Part shown: positions 36,083-37,570 of the stretch, one piece after another | Numbering within the stretch: position 1 is the first letter of the stretch | Layout: every line of letters starts with the position of its first letter | Assembly: GCA_031409275.1 (NCBI GenBank) | Contig: JANNXA010000046.1 | Span: 1-37,570, forward strand | Direction: 5' to 3' | Origin: Planctomycetota bacterium | Lineage (GTDB): Bacteria > Planctomycetota > B15-G4 > SIAN01 | Length of the DNA stretch: 37,570 nt | Made by a program: the position numbers and the translations under genes | The notes under the pieces: model-generated | Told to the model about the DNA's origin: nothing | Database searches by the model: none | The model's input: only the letters and a program-made list of their open reading frames with translations

Positions 36083-36520
36083 ATGAAGGGCGATTCGTGC
36101 GATTGTCGCTGCCGCGGCTGCCAGGGCACGCTGAAGGGCGTCCAGCTCTTCAGCGGGACGAGGGTGCTCGGGCCGTGGATGCGGCGTCGCGGGGACTACG
36201 TCCGCGCCACCGCGGACGTCACGAACAAGAAGGGCGACGTCAATCTTGTGGTCCGAATGTTCACGAAGAACAGCGAGAACCGCGGCGACGGAATTGACGT
36301 CGACTCAACTCGCACGATCACCACCGAGATCACCGGCCGGAAACTTCAGGAGTGGGGCACCACTGGTGTCGGGATCCGAGAGCTCGTCCGCTACGAGTAC
36401 GAGTGCAACGTGGTGACAACACCTGGATGGGTGAGGTTCCGGATGCTCGGCGGGTGCTGGTTTGAAGCGGCAGGGTTGGGCGGAGGCGGAGTGGTGCTGC
36501 CACCGCCGGAGGGGGAGTGA
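36083..36520 (+). CDS. uncharacterised small beta-rich protein, paralog B, with Cys-rich N-terminus (145 aa)
   Basis: GGAG RBS at 36071; MKGDSCDCRCRGC then GPWMRRRGDYVRATAD...FTKNSENRGDG...ELVRYEY...GWVRFRMLGGCWFEA. Confidence 0.85.
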   Translation: MKGDSCDCRCRGCQGTLKGVQLFSGTRVLGPWMRRRGDYVRATADVTNKKGDVNLVVRMFTKNSENRGDGIDVDSTRTITTEITGRKLQEWGTTGVGIRELVRYEYECNVVTTPGWVRFRMLGGCWFEAAGLGGGGVVLPPPEGE

Positions 36521-36529
36521 GGGAAAACC

Positions 36530-37570
36530 ATGGAAAGAATGCCACCTGGCTGCTTGAACGATTCATGCATCCACGGCGCAATGCCCGTCGTCGTAACTCC
36601 AGGGACGGAGGAGATGTTCGGTTCGCATCGCAACCGCTTGGAGTTGCTTGCCGATCTCCAGAACTCAGATCGTCTACATGCAATCGCTGACGACGTGAAA
36701 CGCAACCCGGCGGGTGGCGATGACTACCAAAAAGGGCTTTCTGTTCCGACGACATCAAAGGGCGAGCCGCTGAAGAGGGCGTCGTCGGAAGGATCTGACT
36801 CGAGCATCCACAACAAAGAGGTTGATGGGCGTAAGAAGTCGAAGCCTCTAGTTGGATGTGAAGCGACGATCGTCAAGTGCCTATGGATCGACGCCGACTC
36901 GTCGACCAAGAGTGGCTGTACAGATATCAACATCGAAACACTCCACGCAGATCTCAATGCGGCAGCGCTCAAGTGGAAGGATCTGACATGTCCGTGTGTC
37001 GACGAGGATGGTAATCCTGTAGAAGACAAGGACCGGAATAAGGGATGCACGGTGCATGTAGAGTTTGAAATCAATCGCGACAAGAAACCGCCGACGGGAT
37101 GCGCCTCAGTTGTATTGCATTGCGGCGGAAGTACTCCCGACCCGAACGCGCCAAGCCCTGGGGGTGGCGTCACGAGGGTCATGGACATGCATCTGGATGT
37201 GGCGATCTCTGATTCAACATTGGCGCATGAGCTTGGTCATTCCCTTGGCATTCAGGGTGAGAACTACACCTTCGTTGTTGAAGGAGACAGGCTCAAGTCG
37301 ATCGCGAGCATCGGGTTCGAAGGGACGATGATGGGGGATCCTGGAGCGCGAGAACAGAAGCCACCAACTGCGGAAGAATCGTGCGTCATCATTCATACAC
37401 TGAACCAGGGTGGCCCCAGCAAGTCCGGGAACAGCAAGCAGAAGTTCTGCGCAGAAGAGATGTGCTGCCCGACGACGCAATTGATGTCGTTATCCAATGC
37501 GGTGCTGCGACTGCCGATCCCCGCCATTCCTGGCTCGCAACGAGAAGAGGGTGGTGACGGCGGCGGTGGC
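36530..37570 (+). CDS. Cys-rich zincin (HExxH) metallopeptidase-like protein, 3'-truncated by the window (at least 347 aa); absent from the ORF track
   Basis: Hand translation from ATG 36530 (GAGGG upstream, 9 nt after the paralog B stop) has no stop to the window end. TLAHELGHSLGI with the first His at 37226; candidate Met-turn GTMMG at 37322-37336; 14 Cys. Confidence 0.8.
   Translation, partial: MERMPPGCLNDSCIHGAMPVVVTPGTEEMFGSHRNRLELLADLQNSDRLHAIADDVKRNPAGGDDYQKGLSVPTTSKGEPLKRASSEGSDSSIHNKEVDGRKKSKPLVGCEATIVKCLWIDADSSTKSGCTDINIETLHADLNAAALKWKDLTCPCVDEDGNPVEDKDRNKGCTVHVEFEINRDKKPPTGCASVVLHCGGSTPDPNAPSPGGGVTRVMDMHLDVAISDSTLAHELGHSLGIQGENYTFVVEGDRLKSIASIGFEGTMMGDPGAREQKPPTAEESCVIIHTLNQGGPSKSGNSKQKFCAEEMCCPTTQLMSLSNAVLRLPIPAIPGSQREEGGDGGGG

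Noticed and set aside
36330..37480. ORF-track ORFs 36330-36758-, 36391-36705-, 36724-37188-, 37065-37331+ and 37214-37480-
   Set aside because: They overlap the uninterrupted, RBS-preceded HExxH frame starting at 36530 and have no recognisable motifs.
35001..37570. Prophage or integrative element call for the right-end module
   Set aside because: No integrase, terminase, recognisable phage gene or att repeat is visible; this cannot be excluded beyond the window edge.

Overview
Very GC-rich bacterial chromosomal window with about 27 supportable CDSs. The gene families (TPR plus ASPIC/UnbV-CRTAC1 lipoproteins, giant membrane-anchored ECF sigma factors, a PDZ-containing BNR propeller) point to Planctomycetota, which is an inference. 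In order: a BNR/PDZ-HAD operon; a degenerate SGNH-like membrane protein; two tandem TPR+CRTAC1 lipoprotein modules separated by an unannotated 49-aa membrane peptide; HAD+MATE; two colinear ~1200-aa ECF sigma/TM/Ig-like-repeat fusions; GH57 branching enzyme and glgA; a LamG-SGNH esterase; an RlmN-like radical SAM methyltransferase; a DUF481 beta-barrel; a DUF4912 protein; and ettA. The best candidate for an undescribed system is at the right end (35001-37570). There, a divergent ECF-like sigma gene with an 8-nt tandem repeat in its 5' end faces an operon of two paralogous small beta-rich proteins of no family I recognise. These are followed by a low-GC, Cys-rich HExxH metallopeptidase ORF that runs off the window and is missing from the ORF track. 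I saw no rRNA, tRNA, CRISPR array or transposase. All calls come from reading motifs by eye; no database searches were run.
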